Counted from the stretch's first letter, positions 8,503-19,372 are shown. The stretch is 35,595 nt of DNA from Acutalibacteraceae bacterium (GCA_045655625.1 JAZOPP010000007.1:1-35595), one strand, 5' to 3'. Numbers and translations are program-made. Notes: generated by a model not told the origin, from the sequence alone.

Positions 8503-8522
8503 TGGGAAGGAGAGTGTAAGAT

Positions 8523-9146
8523 ATGCCTAAAGTAGCAGTAGTAGATATGGCTGGTAACGAAGTTGAGAAGATCAACCTCGGCAAAGCTGTATTCGGAATT
8601 GAACCCAATGTGGTTGTTATGCATATGGCTGTTGTAAACTACCTTGCCAACAAGCGTCAGGGCACACAGTCCACACTTACTCGTACCGAGGTTTCCGGCG
8701 GCGGCAAAAAGCCCTGGAGACAGAAGGGAACAGGTCACGCAAGACAGGGTTCCACCAGAGCTCCCCAGTGGAGACATGGCGGTATCGTTCACGCACCGAA
8801 GCCGAGAGATTATTCCTACTCTCTCAACAAGAAGGTTCGTGCTCTTGCTGTTAAGTCTGCCCTTTCCGATAAGGTACAGAACAAAGCTCTCATCGTTCTC
8901 GATGAACTCAAGCTTGAAACCTACAAGACCAGAGCAGTTGTTGATTGCTTAAAGGCAATCGGCGCAGGCAAGAAAACTCTTCTCGTTTTAGCTGATAACA
9001 ATGCAGTTAACGTAAAGAGCTGCGCAAACGTTCCCGGTCTTAAGACCGCTCAGTACAACACCATTAACACCTACGATATCGTTAATGCCGATACTCTCGT
9101 AATCGTTAAGGGCGCTGTTGCTAAGATCGAGGAGGTATATGCATAA
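8523..9146 (+). CDS. rplD: 50S ribosomal protein L4
   Basis: 207 aa with ...GGGKKPWRQKGTGHARQGS...; position in operon. Confidence 0.98.
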   Translation: MPKVAVVDMAGNEVEKINLGKAVFGIEPNVVVMHMAVVNYLANKRQGTQSTLTRTEVSGGGKKPWRQKGTGHARQGSTRAPQWRHGGIVHAPKPRDYSYSLNKKVRALAVKSALSDKVQNKALIVLDELKLETYKTRAVVDCLKAIGAGKKTLLVLADNNAVNVKSCANVPGLKTAQYNTINTYDIVNADTLVIVKGAVAKIEEVYA

Positions 9147-9439
9147 TGAAGGCCTATGAGAATGTAATAATTGCTCCGATCATTACTGAAAAGAGCATGG
9201 CCGGAATTGCTGATAAGAAATACACCTTCAAGGTAGCCAAGGATGCCAACAAGGTTCTCATCGCTGAAGCAGTAGAGAATCTCTTCAAGGTAGAGGTTGC
9301 TAAGGTAAACACCATCAGCGTTCGCGGACAGGAAAGACGCATGGGACGTTACAGCGGCTACACCTCTTCTTGGAAGAAAGCTATTGTAACGCTTAAAGCA
9401 GATTCTAAGCCGATCGAGTTCTTCGACGGACTTAAGTAA
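9146..9439 (+). CDS. rplW: 50S ribosomal protein L23
   Basis: 97 aa with ...IIAPIITEKSM... The ATG shares one base with the rplD TAA (TAATG). Confidence 0.97.
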   Translation: MKAYENVIIAPIITEKSMAGIADKKYTFKVAKDANKVLIAEAVENLFKVEVAKVNTISVRGQERRMGRYSGYTSSWKKAIVTLKADSKPIEFFDGLK

Positions 9440-9525
9440 TTAATCCGAAATCGAAATCACAAGATTTCCGGTGATGTATGGGGCAGGAACCTGCCTCGCT
9501 AAGCCTAAATAGGAGAGTGAAACAA

Positions 9526-10359
9526 ATGGCAATAAAACATTATAAGCCGACTACCCCGGGTCGCCGCGGTATGACCTCTATGGATTATTCCGGTCTTTCC
9601 AAGGTTGCTCCCGAGAAAAGTTTGCTTGAGCCTTTAAAGAAAAATGCTGGCCGTAACAGTTATGGCCGCATCACCGTTCGCCATCGCGGCGGCGGAAACC
9701 GCAGAAAGTACAGAGTAATCGACTTTAAGCGTGAGCGTTTCGGAATCCCGGCAGTCGTTAAGACTCTCGAGTATGACCCGAACCGTACCGCTTTCATCGC
9801 CCTCGTTGAATACGAGGATGGCGAAAAGCGCTATATCATCGCTCCGGCTGGTCTTAAGGTTGGCGATACCGTTGTTAGCGGCCCCGATGCCGATATCGTA
9901 ACCGGTAATGCACTGCCGATGGTTAATATCCCGGTTGGTACATTCCTCCACAATATCGAGCTTTATCCCGGCCGTGGTGCACAGCTTGCACGTTCTGCAG
10001 GCGGTATGGCACAGCTTATGGCTAAGGAGAATGGATACGCACTTCTCCGTCTTCCTTCCGGTGAGCTTCGCAACGTTCCCGTAAATTGCATGGCAACCGT
10101 TGGTCAGGTAAGTAACGCTGAACACGGCAACATCAATATCGGTAAAGCTGGTCGTAAGCGTCACATGGGTTGGAGACCGACCGTTCGCGGTTCTGTAATG
10201 AACCCCTGCGACCATCCCCACGGTGGTGGTGAGGGTAAATCCCCGATCGGCCGTCCGGGACCGGTTACCCCCTGGGGCAAACCTGCTCTCGGCCTTAAGA
10301 CTCGTGATAAGCATAAGCACTCTGACAAGTATATTGTCAAGAGAAGAAATGCTAATTAG
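9526..10359 (+). CDS. rplB: 50S ribosomal protein L2
   Basis: 277 aa: [15 protein letters not shown]... and ...[10 protein letters not shown]... AGGAG at 9511-9515. The ORF-track start at 9478 adds a non-homologous 16-aa extension and was rejected. Confidence 0.97.
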   Translation: MAIKHYKPTTPGRRGMTSMDYSGLSKVAPEKSLLEPLKKNAGRNSYGRITVRHRGGGNRRKYRVIDFKRERFGIPAVVKTLEYDPNRTAFIALVEYEDGEKRYIIAPAGLKVGDTVVSGPDADIVTGNALPMVNIPVGTFLHNIELYPGRGAQLARSAGGMAQLMAKENGYALLRLPSGELRNVPVNCMATVGQVSNAEHGNINIGKAGRKRHMGWRPTVRGSVMNPCDHPHGGGEGKSPIGRPGPVTPWGKPALGLKTRDKHKHSDKYIVKRRNAN

Positions 10360-10381
10360 TCGGACGAAAGGAGTTTAAGAA

Positions 10382-10654
10382 ATGGGAAGAAGCGTTAAAA
10401 AGGGACCTTTTGTGCAGCCCGTTCTGCTCAAGAGAATCCGTGAAATGAATAATGCCGGTGAAAAGAGAGTCCTCAAGACTTGGAGCCGTTCTTCAACAAT
10501 ATTCCCCGATTTCGTCGGACACACAATTGCGGTACATGACGGACGTAAGCACGTTCCGGTATATGTAACCGAGGATATGGTTGGACACAAGCTCGGTGAA
10601 TTTGCGCCCACAAGAACCTTTAAGGGCCACGCCGGTTCTAAGACAACAAAGTAA
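10382..10654 (+). CDS. rpsS: 30S ribosomal protein S19
   Basis: 90 aa: [11 protein letters not shown]...[32 protein letters not shown]. Confidence 0.98.
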   Translation: MGRSVKKGPFVQPVLLKRIREMNNAGEKRVLKTWSRSSTIFPDFVGHTIAVHDGRKHVPVYVTEDMVGHKLGEFAPTRTFKGHAGSKTTK

Positions 10655-10677
10655 GCGGTTGAAAGGAGAGTTAAACT

Positions 10678-11016
10678 ATGGAAGCAAGGGCATCTTTAAA
10701 ATATGTCCGTATATCACCCCGTAAGGTGAAGATTGTTTTGGATCTCATCCGCAATCAGGATGCAGACAAGGCTATGGCTATTCTTAAGTTTACACCTAAG
10801 GCCGCCTGTGAGTATTTGGTAGAGCTCTTAAAGAGCGCTATGGCAAATGCTGAAAACAATCATGGTATGGATGTATCCAAGCTTTACGTTGCAGAGTGCT
10901 CCGTATGCCCGGGCCCGACTCTTAAGAGAATCCGCCCGAAGGATCACGGTCGTGCACACCGCATCTTAAAGAGAACATCCCACATCAATATCGTTCTTAA
11001 AGAACGTGAAGACTAA
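10678..11016 (+). CDS. rplV: 50S ribosomal protein L22
   Basis: 112 aa: [25 protein letters not shown]...; position in operon. Confidence 0.97.
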   Translation: MEARASLKYVRISPRKVKIVLDLIRNQDADKAMAILKFTPKAACEYLVELLKSAMANAENNHGMDVSKLYVAECSVCPGPTLKRIRPKDHGRAHRILKRTSHINIVLKERED

Positions 11017-11032
11017 TTAAGGAGGTTAAGTT

Positions 11033-11698
11033 ATGGGCCAGAAAGTTAATCCGAACGGATTCCGCGTTGGCGTTATCAAAAACTGGAATTCCCGTTGGTT
11101 CACAAAGAACAATGTCTTCGGTGATACATTGGTAGAGGACTATAACCTCCGCAAGTATTTGAAGAAAACATTGTATTCTGCAGGCGTTCCGAAGATTGAG
11201 ATCGAACGTGATGCATCCAAGGTTCGCATTCATATCCACTGTGCAAAGCCGGGTATGGTAATCGGCCGCAACGGTGCAGAGATCGAAAAGCTTCGTGAAA
11301 AGTGCCAGAAAATGCTTGGCAAGCCCGTAGTTATCAATATCGTTGAGGTTAAGAGCCCCGATTTGGATGCTACCCTCGTTGCTGAGAACATTGCAGCACA
11401 GCTTGAAAAGCGTGTATCCTTCCGTCGTGCACTCAAGATGTCCATCGGACGTGCTATGAAGCTCGGCGCAAAGGGTATCAAGACTCAGGTTTCGGGCCGT
11501 CTCGGCGGTGCTGAAATCGCAAGAACAGAGCATTATCATGAGGGAACTATCCCGCTTCAGACAATCCGCGCTGACATCGACTATGGTTTTGCTGAGGCAA
11601 ACACCACCTACGGTCGTATCGGCGTTAAGGTTTGGATCTATAAGGGTGAGGTTCTCCACGATGCTCGTAAACCTAAAAACGAAAGGGGAGCCCACTAA
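11033..11698 (+). CDS. rpsC: 30S ribosomal protein S3
   Basis: 221 aa: [14 protein letters not shown]... with a KH domain; AGGAGG RBS. Confidence 0.98.
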   Translation: MGQKVNPNGFRVGVIKNWNSRWFTKNNVFGDTLVEDYNLRKYLKKTLYSAGVPKIEIERDASKVRIHIHCAKPGMVIGRNGAEIEKLREKCQKMLGKPVVINIVEVKSPDLDATLVAENIAAQLEKRVSFRRALKMSIGRAMKLGAKGIKTQVSGRLGGAEIARTEHYHEGTIPLQTIRADIDYGFAEANTTYGRIGVKVWIYKGEVLHDARKPKNERGAH

Positions 11699-12123
11699 TG
11701 TTATTACCGAAGCGCGTTAAATATCGTCGAGTTCAGCGCGGCCGTTTAACCGGTACTGCTACTCGCGGTAACACCGTTACCTACGGCGATTTCGGCCTTC
11801 AGGCTTTAGAACCTGCTTGGATCACTTCCAACCAGATTGAGGCTGCCCGTATCGCTATGACCCGTTACATTAAGCGTGGCGGTCAGGTATGGATCAAAAT
11901 ATTCCCCGATAAGCCGATCACTGAGAAGCCGGCTGAAACCCGAATGGGTTCCGGTAAAGGCTCGCCCGAGTATTGGGTAGCCGTTGTTAAGCCCGGCCGT
12001 GTAATGTTCGAAATCGGCGGAGTTAGCAAAGAACAGGCTCAAGAAGCTATGCGCCTTGCCGCAAATAAGCTTCCGATAAAGTGCAAGTTTATTGTTAAGC
12101 AGGAAATGGATGGTGAGCAGTAA
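11698..12123 (+). CDS. rplP: 50S ribosomal protein L16
   Basis: 141 aa: [16 protein letters not shown]... TAATG overlap with rpsC. Confidence 0.98.
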   Translation: MLLPKRVKYRRVQRGRLTGTATRGNTVTYGDFGLQALEPAWITSNQIEAARIAMTRYIKRGGQVWIKIFPDKPITEKPAETRMGSGKGSPEYWVAVVKPGRVMFEIGGVSKEQAQEAMRLAANKLPIKCKFIVKQEMDGEQ

Positions 12124-12329
12124 TGAAAGCACAGGAAATCAGAGAAAAGAATCTTGCAGAACTCAAAGAGCAGCTGGCAAGTTTAAACGATGAATTATTC
12201 AAGCTCCGTTTCCAGCTCACAATTAACCAGCTCGACAACCCGACCAGAATCAGTGCTGTAAAGAAGGATATCGCACGCGTTAAGACTGTTATGCGTGAGA
12301 TCGAACTTCGCGACAGCGCCAATTCTTAA
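12123..12329 (+). CDS. rpmC: 50S ribosomal protein L29
   Basis: 68 aa: [31 protein letters not shown]... TAATG overlap with rplP. Confidence 0.96.
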   Translation: MKAQEIREKNLAELKEQLASLNDELFKLRFQLTINQLDNPTRISAVKKDIARVKTVMREIELRDSANS

Positions 12330-12348
12330 GAAAGGCAGGTAATTAGCT

Positions 12349-12606
12349 GTGAACGAAAGAAATCTTCGTAAAACAAGAACTGGCTACGTTGTCAGCGATA
12401 AGATGGATAAGACCGTTGTAATCGCTATTAAGGATAACGTTAAGCATCCTCTTTACAACAAGATCGTAAAGAAAACAGTTAAGCTTAAGGCTCATGATGA
12501 GAACAATGCCTGCGGTGTAGGCGACAGAGTGCTCGTTATGGAAACTAGACCCCTCTCCAAGGATAAGCATTGGCGTGTGGTTGAGATAATCGAAAAGGCT
12601 AAGTAG
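12349..12606 (+). CDS. rpsQ: 30S ribosomal protein S17
   Basis: 85 aa, GTG start. ...[21 protein letters not shown]... and ...[22 protein letters not shown]... Confidence 0.96.
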   Translation: MNERNLRKTRTGYVVSDKMDKTVVIAIKDNVKHPLYNKIVKKTVKLKAHDENNACGVGDRVLVMETRPLSKDKHWRVVEIIEKAK

Positions 12607-12625
12607 TCTGAAGGAGGAAAACACT

Positions 12626-12994
12626 GTGATACAACAACAGAGTTACCTCAAGGTTGCTGACAATACCGGTGCAAAAGAACTTATGTGCATCCGTGTTTTA
12701 GGAGGCTCCAAAAGGAGGTATGCCAACATCGGCGATGTAGTCGTTGCTTCCGTTAAGAAGGCCACCCCCGGTGGTACTGTTAAGAAGGGCGATGTAGTAA
12801 AGGCCGTAATCGTTCGCTCGGTTCGCGGACTTCGCCGTGATGATGGCACATACATTAGATTTGACGAAAATGCAGCCGTAATCATTAAGGAAGATAAGAA
12901 CCCCCGTGGTACTCGTATCTTTGGACCGGTTGCTCGTGAGTTACGTGAGAAGGATTATTCCAAGATTCTTTCTCTCGCTCCCGAAGTACTTTAA
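12626..12994 (+). CDS. rplN: 50S ribosomal protein L14
   Basis: 122 aa, GTG start after AGGAGG: [27 protein letters not shown]... Confidence 0.98.
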   Translation: MIQQQSYLKVADNTGAKELMCIRVLGGSKRRYANIGDVVVASVKKATPGGTVKKGDVVKAVIVRSVRGLRRDDGTYIRFDENAAVIIKEDKNPRGTRIFGPVARELREKDYSKILSLAPEVL

Positions 12995-13009
12995 GGGAGG
13001 TAAACAGAA

Positions 13010-13333
13010 ATGAATAAGCTTCACGTAAAAGTAGGAGATACCGTAGTTCTTCTTACTGGCGATGCTAAAGATCGCGGCAAGCAGGGCAAGGTGCTCGAAG
13101 TTAGCCCCAAAGAGGGTAAGGTAATCGTTGAGGGTCTTAACATGGTTAAAAAGCATGTTAAGCCCCATAAGGCCGGTGATCCTTCGGGTATCATCGATAC
13201 CGAAAGTGCAATTCTCGCATGCAAGGTTCAGCTTGTTTGCCCGAAGTGCAATAAGCCCACCCGCGTAGGTCACAAGATCTATGCTGATGGCAAGAAGGAC
13301 CGCATGTGCAAAAAGTGCGGCGAAACCTTTTAG
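13010..13333 (+). CDS. rplX: 50S ribosomal protein L24 (form with a C-terminal CxxC...CxxC zinc ribbon)
   Basis: 107 aa with KOW motif ...[23 protein letters not shown]... The C-terminal part reads [13 protein letters not shown]...CKKCGETF. Confidence 0.97.
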   Translation: MNKLHVKVGDTVVLLTGDAKDRGKQGKVLEVSPKEGKVIVEGLNMVKKHVKPHKAGDPSGIIDTESAILACKVQLVCPKCNKPTRVGHKIYADGKKDRMCKKCGETF

Positions 13334-13349
13334 GTAAGGAGGATTTGAC

Positions 13350-13889
13350 ATGGCAAGATTAAAAGAAGAATACAAAGCTTCTGTTGCTCCCGAGTTGATG
13401 AAGAAATACAACTACAAAAGCACCATGCAGATTCCCAAGCTTGATAAGGTTGTAATCAACGTCGGATGCAGCGACGCTAAAGAAAATTCAAAGGTAATTG
13501 ACGCTGTAATGGGAGACCTCGCTCTTATCACCGGTCAGAAGGCTGTTGTATGTAGAGCTAAGAAGTCGGTTGCTAACTTTAAACTCCGTGAGGGTATGCC
13601 GATCGGTGTTAAGGTAACTCTCCGTGGCGAAAAGATGTACGAGTTCGTTGATCGTCTTTTCAACATGGCATTACCGAGAGTTAGAGACTTCAGAGGAATT
13701 AACCCCAACTCCTTCGATGGCCGTGGTAACTATTCCATGGGCGTTAAGGAACAGCTCATATTCCCTGAAATCGAGTACGATAAGATCGATAAGGTTCGCG
13801 GTATGGATATCATCTTTGTTACCACCGCAAAGACCGACGAGGAAGCACGCGAGTTATTAACACTCATGGGCGCCCCGTTTGCGAAGTAA
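13350..13889 (+). CDS. rplE: 50S ribosomal protein L5
   Basis: 179 aa: [39 protein letters not shown]... Confidence 0.98.
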   Translation: MARLKEEYKASVAPELMKKYNYKSTMQIPKLDKVVINVGCSDAKENSKVIDAVMGDLALITGQKAVVCRAKKSVANFKLREGMPIGVKVTLRGEKMYEFVDRLFNMALPRVRDFRGINPNSFDGRGNYSMGVKEQLIFPEIEYDKIDKVRGMDIIFVTTAKTDEEARELLTLMGAPFAK

Positions 13890-13901
13890 GGAGAAGGAAC
13901 T

Positions 13902-14087
13902 ATGGCTAAGACATCTATGAAAATTAAGCAGGCTCGTCCCGCTAAGTTTTCCACAAGAGAATACAGCAGATGCAAGATCTGCGGCCGCCCGCATGCTTAT
14001 CTTCGCAAGTACGGCATCTGCCGTATCTGCTTCAGGGAGTTAGCTTATAAGGGTGAAATTCCCGGTGTGAAGAAGGCAAGCTGGTAA
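13902..14087 (+). CDS. rpsN: 30S ribosomal protein S14 type Z (zinc-binding short form)
   Basis: 61 aa: ...[38 protein letters not shown], with a CxxC...CxxC motif. Confidence 0.97.
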   Translation: MAKTSMKIKQARPAKFSTREYSRCKICGRPHAYLRKYGICRICFRELAYKGEIPGVKKASW

Positions 14088-14114
14088 ACAGCATACGCAA
14101 AGGAGGTTGACAGC

Positions 14115-14513
14115 ATGCAAATCACCGATACTATCGCTGATATGCTTACAAGAATTCGTAATGCAAATTCGGCAAAACACGAATCGGTAGATATCCCTGC
14201 GTCAAATGTTAAGAAGGCTATCGCCCAGATCTTACTTGACGAAGGATATATAAACGGCTTTCAGGTTATAGAAGACGGAAAGCAGGGCATCATTCACGTA
14301 ACATTAAAGTACGGCCCGAATAAATCGCAGGTACTGACAGGACTCCGCAGAGTATCCAAGCCCGGCCTGCGTATCTACACTAACGTAGAAGATATGCCGA
14401 AGGTTATGAAGGGCCTCGGTATCGCAATCCTTTCCACCTCGAAGGGTATAATGACAGATAAGCAGGCTCGCAATGCCAACGTTGGCGGCGAAGTTCTCGC
14501 TTTCGTCTGGTAA
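14115..14513 (+). CDS. rpsH: 30S ribosomal protein S8
   Basis: 132 aa: [31 protein letters not shown]... Confidence 0.98.
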   Translation: MQITDTIADMLTRIRNANSAKHESVDIPASNVKKAIAQILLDEGYINGFQVIEDGKQGIIHVTLKYGPNKSQVLTGLRRVSKPGLRIYTNVEDMPKVMKGLGIAILSTSKGIMTDKQARNANVGGEVLAFVW

Positions 14514-14527
14514 GGAGGTGCTGAGGA

Positions 14528-15076
14528 ATGTCAAGAATTGGTAATAAACCGATAGAGATTCCTGCCGGTGTTGAGGTTAAGATTGACGGTACTAAGGTAA
14601 CCGTTAAGGGACCCAAGGGCACACTCGCAAACGAGTTTTCGCCCGTAATCACCATTAAGCAGGAGGGTAACCAGCTTTTAGTTACCCGCCCCTCCGATGT
14701 AGCAGCACATCGCTCGCTGCACGGTCTCACCAGAACCCTCGTTGCCAACATGGTAACAGGTGTTACTGAGGGCTACAAGAAAGAACTCGAGGTTAACGGC
14801 GTTGGTTACCGTGTACAGAAGCAGGGTAAGGACCTCGTTATGAACCTCGGATATTCCCATCAGGTAATTATGCCTGAGATTGATGGAATCACCATTGAAG
14901 TTCCCGGTCCGAACTCGATAATCAATTCCGGTACGGATAAGCAGAAAGATGTTCAGTTTGCCGCTGAGGTACGCAAAAAGCGTCCCCCGGAGCCTTATAA
15001 GGGCAAGGGCATCAAGTACGTCGGAGAATATATCCGTCGTAAAGAAGGTAAGGCCGGCAAGGGCGGAAAGAAATAA
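14528..15076 (+). CDS. rplF: 50S ribosomal protein L6
   Basis: 182 aa: [31 protein letters not shown]... and ...[14 protein letters not shown]... Confidence 0.97.
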   Translation: MSRIGNKPIEIPAGVEVKIDGTKVTVKGPKGTLANEFSPVITIKQEGNQLLVTRPSDVAAHRSLHGLTRTLVANMVTGVTEGYKKELEVNGVGYRVQKQGKDLVMNLGYSHQVIMPEIDGITIEVPGPNSIINSGTDKQKDVQFAAEVRKKRPPEPYKGKGIKYVGEYIRRKEGKAGKGGKK

Positions 15077-15094
15077 AGAAGGAGTGTATAAGAC

Positions 15095-15454
15095 ATGGTT
15101 ACAAAGTCTGATAGCAATAAGGCTCGTCTTAAGCGTCACGTTCGCGTACGCAGCAAGATCAGCGGCACTGCAGAGTGCCCCCGCCTGAATGTATTTCGCT
15201 CCAATAGCAACATCTACGCCCAGCTCATCGACGATGTAAACGGCGTTACCCTCGCTGCAGCCAACTCCGCTGAAAAGGATTTCGGCGCAAACGGCGGCAA
15301 CAAGGAAGGCGCTCGTAAGGTTGGACAGTTAATTGCTAAGCGTGCTGCTGATAAGGGCATCACCGATGTCGTATTCGACAGAGGCGGATATATCTATCAC
15401 GGCCGCGTTCAGGAGCTTGCCGAAGGTGCCCGCGAGGGCGGCCTCAAGTTCTAA
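15095..15454 (+). CDS. rplR: 50S ribosomal protein L18
   Basis: 119 aa: ...[34 protein letters not shown]... and ...[26 protein letters not shown]. Confidence 0.98.
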   Translation: MVTKSDSNKARLKRHVRVRSKISGTAECPRLNVFRSNSNIYAQLIDDVNGVTLAAANSAEKDFGANGGNKEGARKVGQLIAKRAADKGITDVVFDRGGYIYHGRVQELAEGAREGGLKF

Positions 15455-15472
15455 AAAGGAGGAGGAATACTT

Positions 15473-15976
15473 TTGGCTACTAACATTGACGCAACTACAT
15501 TAGATTTACAGGAACATGTTGTTGCCATAAACCGCGTTTCCAAGACAGTTAAGGGCGGCCGCGTAATGAAGTTCTCGGCTCTCGTAGTTGTTGGTGACGG
15601 AAACGGTATCGTAGGTTTCGGTATGGGTAAGGCCGGCGAAGTTCCGGATGCTATCCGTAAGGGAATCGAAGATGCTAAGAAGAATCTTATTAAGATTCCG
15701 CTTAAGGGCACAACCATTCCGCATGAAATAATCGGCGAATTCGGTGCAGGCAGAGTTTTAATGAAGCCTGCTGCACCCGGTACCGGAGTTATTGCCGGCG
15801 GTCCCGTTCGTGCTGTTGTTGAAATAGTAGGAATTCGTGACATCCGTACAAAGGCTCTGCGTTCCAACAATCCTTGCAACGTAGTACGTGCAACTATGGA
15901 CGGTCTGTCCAAGCTGCGCAGTGCTGAACAGGTTGCTGCGATTCGCAATAAGTCGGTTAAGGAAATTTTAGGTTAA
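15473..15976 (+). CDS. rpsE: 30S ribosomal protein S5
   Basis: 167 aa, TTG start 7 nt after GGAGG: ...[38 protein letters not shown]... Confidence 0.97.
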   Translation: MATNIDATTLDLQEHVVAINRVSKTVKGGRVMKFSALVVVGDGNGIVGFGMGKAGEVPDAIRKGIEDAKKNLIKIPLKGTTIPHEIIGEFGAGRVLMKPAAPGTGVIAGGPVRAVVEIVGIRDIRTKALRSNNPCNVVRATMDGLSKLRSAEQVAAIRNKSVKEILG

Positions 15977-15991
15977 GGAGGAAGCAGCACA

Positions 15992-16195
15992 ATGGCTACA
16001 AAAGCAAAGAAGGCTGCTGGCAGCCTTAAGATCACAATGGTTAAGAGCTTAATTGGTTCCAAAGAGGGCCAGATAGCTACTGCCGCTTCTCTCGGTCTTA
16101 AGAAAATCGGCGACGTAACAGTTCAGCCCGATAACGCACAGACCCAGGGTAAGATCAAGAAGATCATCCACCTCATCGAGGTAACTGGAGCTTAA
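15992..16195 (+). CDS. rpmD: 50S ribosomal protein L30
   Basis: 67 aa: ...LKITMVKSLIGSKEGQIATAASLGLKKIGDV... It sits between rpsE and rplO. Confidence 0.95.
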   Translation: MATKAKKAAGSLKITMVKSLIGSKEGQIATAASLGLKKIGDVTVQPDNAQTQGKIKKIIHLIEVTGA

Positions 16196-16239
16196 TCGCT
16201 TCAAAGATTTAACCGCAACTATGCAAGGAGGTGCGAACA

Positions 16240-16680
16240 ATGAAACTGCATGAACTGCATCCTGCATTTGGCTCCACTAAGGAGGCAAAGCGCATTGGTA
16301 GAGGTCATGGCTCCGGCAACGGTAAAACCGCCGGAAAAGGTCACAAGGGTCAGAAGGCTCGTGCCGGTCACGGTATGAGACCCGGTTTCGAAGGCGGTCA
16401 GATGCCGCTTCAGAGACGCGTTCCCAAGCGTGGCTTTAACAACATTTTTGCTGAAGAGTATGCAATTATAAATGTTGCTGCTTTAGAAGTGTTCGACGAT
16501 GGAGCTGTCGTTGATATGAAGGCTCTTGTTAAGAAGGGTCTCGTAAAGGACGCTGACAAGCCCGTTAAGGTTCTTGCCAACGGAAAGCTCACTAAGAAGC
16601 TCACCGTAAAGGAACTCAGCTTCTCCGAAACTGCCAAGCAGAAGATCGAAGCTGTTGGCGGAACTGTTGAGGTGAAGTAA
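16240..16680 (+). CDS. rplO: 50S ribosomal protein L15
   Basis: 146 aa: [41 protein letters not shown]... ATG 16240 lies 9 nt after AGGAGG. The ORF-track GTG at 16231 lies inside the RBS and was rejected. Confidence 0.96.
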   Translation: MKLHELHPAFGSTKEAKRIGRGHGSGNGKTAGKGHKGQKARAGHGMRPGFEGGQMPLQRRVPKRGFNNIFAEEYAIINVAALEVFDDGAVVDMKALVKKGLVKDADKPVKVLANGKLTKKLTVKELSFSETAKQKIEAVGGTVEVK

Positions 16681-16681
16681 T

Positions 16682-17962
16682 ATGCTGGAAACATTAAGAA
16701 ACGCATGGCGCGTTGTGGATCTCCGCAAGAAGATTCTGTTCACGTTGCTTATTATCGTTGTGTTCCGCATAGGCTCCGTTATACCGGTACCGTTCATCAA
16801 TACTGCTGCATTGGCTGAAGCCGTGAAGGGTAACTCCGGCGTCAACCAGTTCTTCAGTTATCTGTCGATCCTCACCGGTGGTGGACTTGAATACGGCGCA
16901 ATCTTCGCAATGTCGGTTCAGCCGTATATCAATGCTTCAATTATTATTCAGCTTTTATCTGTCGCAATTCCCGCCCTTGAGAGACTCTCCAAGGAAGGCG
17001 AAGCAGGCAGAAGAAAGATAGCTAAGATTACCCGTTATGCAACCGTAATTATCGGTCTCATTCAGGGTACGGCTTATTACGTATATCTGCAGAAGAGCGG
17101 CCTGCTCAACGTTAAGGGCGGCAGCCTCTGGTTTGCAGCTCCCGTTATCATCCTCTGCTTCACAGCCGGTTCGGCCATCGTAATGTGGCTCGGCGAGCAG
17201 ATTGATAATAAGGGCGTTGGCAACGGCATTTCGATGCTTCTGTTTGCAGGTATTATCGCTCGTGCTCCTCAGGCAGCAGCAATGCTCTGGGCATACGTAA
17301 AGATGGGCAGATACGTAGCAGTTGTTGCTGTTCTCGTTATCTTCCTCGCAATCATCGGCTTCATCGTTTGGATGACCCATGCAGAGAGAAGACTCCCCGT
17401 TCAGTATGCAAAGCGCGTTGTTGGCCGTAAGATGTACGGCGGTCAGAACACCCACATTCCGATCAAGGTTAATATGTCGGGTGTTATGCCGATAATCTTC
17501 GCTAGCTCGATTCTTATGCTCCCCACAATGATTCTTTCATTCATGAGCAACAAGGAATCGGTAATCTATAAAGCACTTTCTCTTTTCAGCGTTCAGGGCG
17601 TTTTCTACGCACTCATCTACGTTGTACTCATCATCGCTTTTGCGTATTTCTATACCACGATTCAGTACAACCCTGTTGAGATGGCTAACAACCTGCGTAA
17701 GAACAGCGGCGCTATCCCGGGTATCCGTCCCGGCAAGCCCACCTCTGATTTTATTTCTAAGATCTTGTCAAGAATCACCCTGATGGGCGCAATATTCCTC
17801 GGACTTATTGCAATACTCCCCATCCTCGTTGGCAATATCGGCGGAATCCAGATTTCGCTCGGTGGTACTTCTGTACTGATTCTTGTAGGTGTTGCCCTTG
17901 ATACTGTTCAGAATCTCGAGTCTCAGATCCTTATGAGACACTACAAGGGATTCCTTGATTAA
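16682..17962 (+). CDS. secY: Preprotein translocase subunit SecY
   Basis: 426 aa polytopic membrane protein: ...LRKKILFTLLIIVVFRIGSVIPVPFIN...; canonical position after rplO. Confidence 0.97.
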   Translation: MLETLRNAWRVVDLRKKILFTLLIIVVFRIGSVIPVPFINTAALAEAVKGNSGVNQFFSYLSILTGGGLEYGAIFAMSVQPYINASIIIQLLSVAIPALERLSKEGEAGRRKIAKITRYATVIIGLIQGTAYYVYLQKSGLLNVKGGSLWFAAPVIILCFTAGSAIVMWLGEQIDNKGVGNGISMLLFAGIIARAPQAAAMLWAYVKMGRYVAVVAVLVIFLAIIGFIVWMTHAERRLPVQYAKRVVGRKMYGGQNTHIPIKVNMSGVMPIIFASSILMLPTMILSFMSNKESVIYKALSLFSVQGVFYALIYVVLIIAFAYFYTTIQYNPVEMANNLRKNSGAIPGIRPGKPTSDFISKILSRITLMGAIFLGLIAILPILVGNIGGIQISLGGTSVLILVGVALDTVQNLESQILMRHYKGFLD

Positions 17963-17972
17963 GGAGAATAAT

Positions 17973-18605
17973 ATGAAGCTTATACTTTTAGGTGCACCCG
18001 GTGCCGGTAAAGGTACCCAGGCAGAAAAAATAAGCGACAGACTGTCCATTCCCGTTATCTCGACCGGAAACATAATCCGCGAATCGATGAAGAACGGAAC
18101 CGAGATGGGCAGCAAAGCAAAGTCTTATGTAGACGCTGGTAAGCTTGTTCCCGATGAGGTCGTAATCGGCATCATCCGTGAGCGTTTAGCCAATGATGAC
18201 TGTGCAAACGGCTTCATCCTTGATGGCTTCCCGCGCACGATTCCGCAGGCAGAAGCGCTCGATAATATGGGCATCGAGATCGATACCGTTCTCTCCATCG
18301 ACGTTGAGGATGAAAAGATCGTTGCCAGAATGTCGGGTCGCAGAGTTTGCCTCGATTGCGGAGCAACCTACCACCTCGAATATAAGAAGCCCCAGAAGGA
18401 TGGCATTTGCGATTTCTGCGGCAAGGAGTTAGTTCTCCGCAAGGATGACGCTCCCGAAACTGTTCTCGACAGACTTCACGTTTATCACGAACAGACCGAG
18501 CCGCTCAAGGAATTCTATGCTGCCAAGGGCAAGCTTCGTTCGGTTAAGGGCTGCGAAGAGGTAAAAGATACCACCGCAGCAACCTTTGCCGCTCTGGAGA
18601 TATAA
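17973..18605 (+). CDS. adk: Adenylate kinase (Cys4 zinc lid form)
   Basis: 210 aa: MKLILLGAPGAGKGTQAE (P-loop), with lid CLDCGATYH...CDFCGKEL. AGGAG lies upstream of ATG 17973; the ORF-track start at 17955 was rejected. Confidence 0.96.
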   Translation: MKLILLGAPGAGKGTQAEKISDRLSIPVISTGNIIRESMKNGTEMGSKAKSYVDAGKLVPDEVVIGIIRERLANDDCANGFILDGFPRTIPQAEALDNMGIEIDTVLSIDVEDEKIVARMSGRRVCLDCGATYHLEYKKPQKDGICDFCGKELVLRKDDAPETVLDRLHVYHEQTEPLKEFYAAKGKLRSVKGCEEVKDTTAATFAALEI

Positions 18606-18607
18606 TT

Positions 18608-19360
18608 ATGATAGTGCTCAAAACAAGCCGCGAGCTCAGCCTTATGAAAGAGGCATGCGTAATCTCGGCAGGAGCGCTCAAAACTGTTGGCTTAGCTGTG
18701 CAGCCCGGCATAACAACTGCCGAGCTTGATAGGATAGCCGAGGAGTATATAAGAAGTAAGGGCGCAGTTCCTAACTTCAAAGGCTACCAAGGCTACCCTG
18801 CAACAGCTTGTATATCCATCAACAACGAAGTAATTCACGGCATACCCTCTAAACAGCGTGTTCTCCGCGAGGGCGACATAGTAAGTGTCGATCTCGGTGC
18901 AGAACTTGGGGGATACCACGGCGATAATGCTGCCACATTTGCTGTAGGGGACGTTTCACCCGAGGCAAAGCGGCTGATGGACACAACCCGCGAAAGCCTG
19001 TACGCAGGCATAAAAGCGGCGTGTCCCGGCAACAGAATCGGCGATATATCCTACGCTGTTCAGTCGTATGTTGAGGCGAGGGGCTATTCCGTTGTCCGCC
19101 AGTTTGTGGGCCACGGTGTAGGAACCCGACTGCACGAAGAACCCGAGGTTCCCAATTTCGGCAGGGAAGGACGCGGCATCCGCCTCCTCCCGGGAATGAC
19201 ACTGGCAATCGAGCCTATGGTCAATGCCGGCGCCTTCGACGTAAAAGTCTTAAAGGATGGTTGGACCACGGTAACGGCAGACGGCTCCCTGTCTGCTCAC
19301 TTTGAACACACGATAGCCATAACACCCGATGGACCGCAAATAATGACGGTCGCTCCCTAA
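18608..19360 (+). CDS. map: Type I methionine aminopeptidase
   Basis: 250 aa: ...VSVDLGAELGGYHGDNA..., ...FVGHGVG..., ...LAIEPM..., ...AHFEHT... These are metal-ligand contexts of MetAP1. Confidence 0.96.
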   Translation: MIVLKTSRELSLMKEACVISAGALKTVGLAVQPGITTAELDRIAEEYIRSKGAVPNFKGYQGYPATACISINNEVIHGIPSKQRVLREGDIVSVDLGAELGGYHGDNAATFAVGDVSPEAKRLMDTTRESLYAGIKAACPGNRIGDISYAVQSYVEARGYSVVRQFVGHGVGTRLHEEPEVPNFGREGRGIRLLPGMTLAIEPMVNAGAFDVKVLKDGWTTVTADGSLSAHFEHTIAITPDGPQIMTVAP

Positions 19361-19372
19361 GAGAGGTCGGCT

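Noticed and set aside
9634-10320. Long antisense ORFs opposite ribosomal genes: 228 aa opposite rplB, plus 10997-11695 (232 aa, opposite rpsC), 15451-15948 (165 aa, opposite rpsE), 20393-20914 and 20911-21474.
   Set aside because: Each lies entirely within and antisense to a highly conserved, confidently identified gene. They have no RBS and show low-complexity or odd composition (Ser/Thr/Cys/Leu-rich). Stop-poor antisense frames are the expected result of the codon bias of highly expressed genes.
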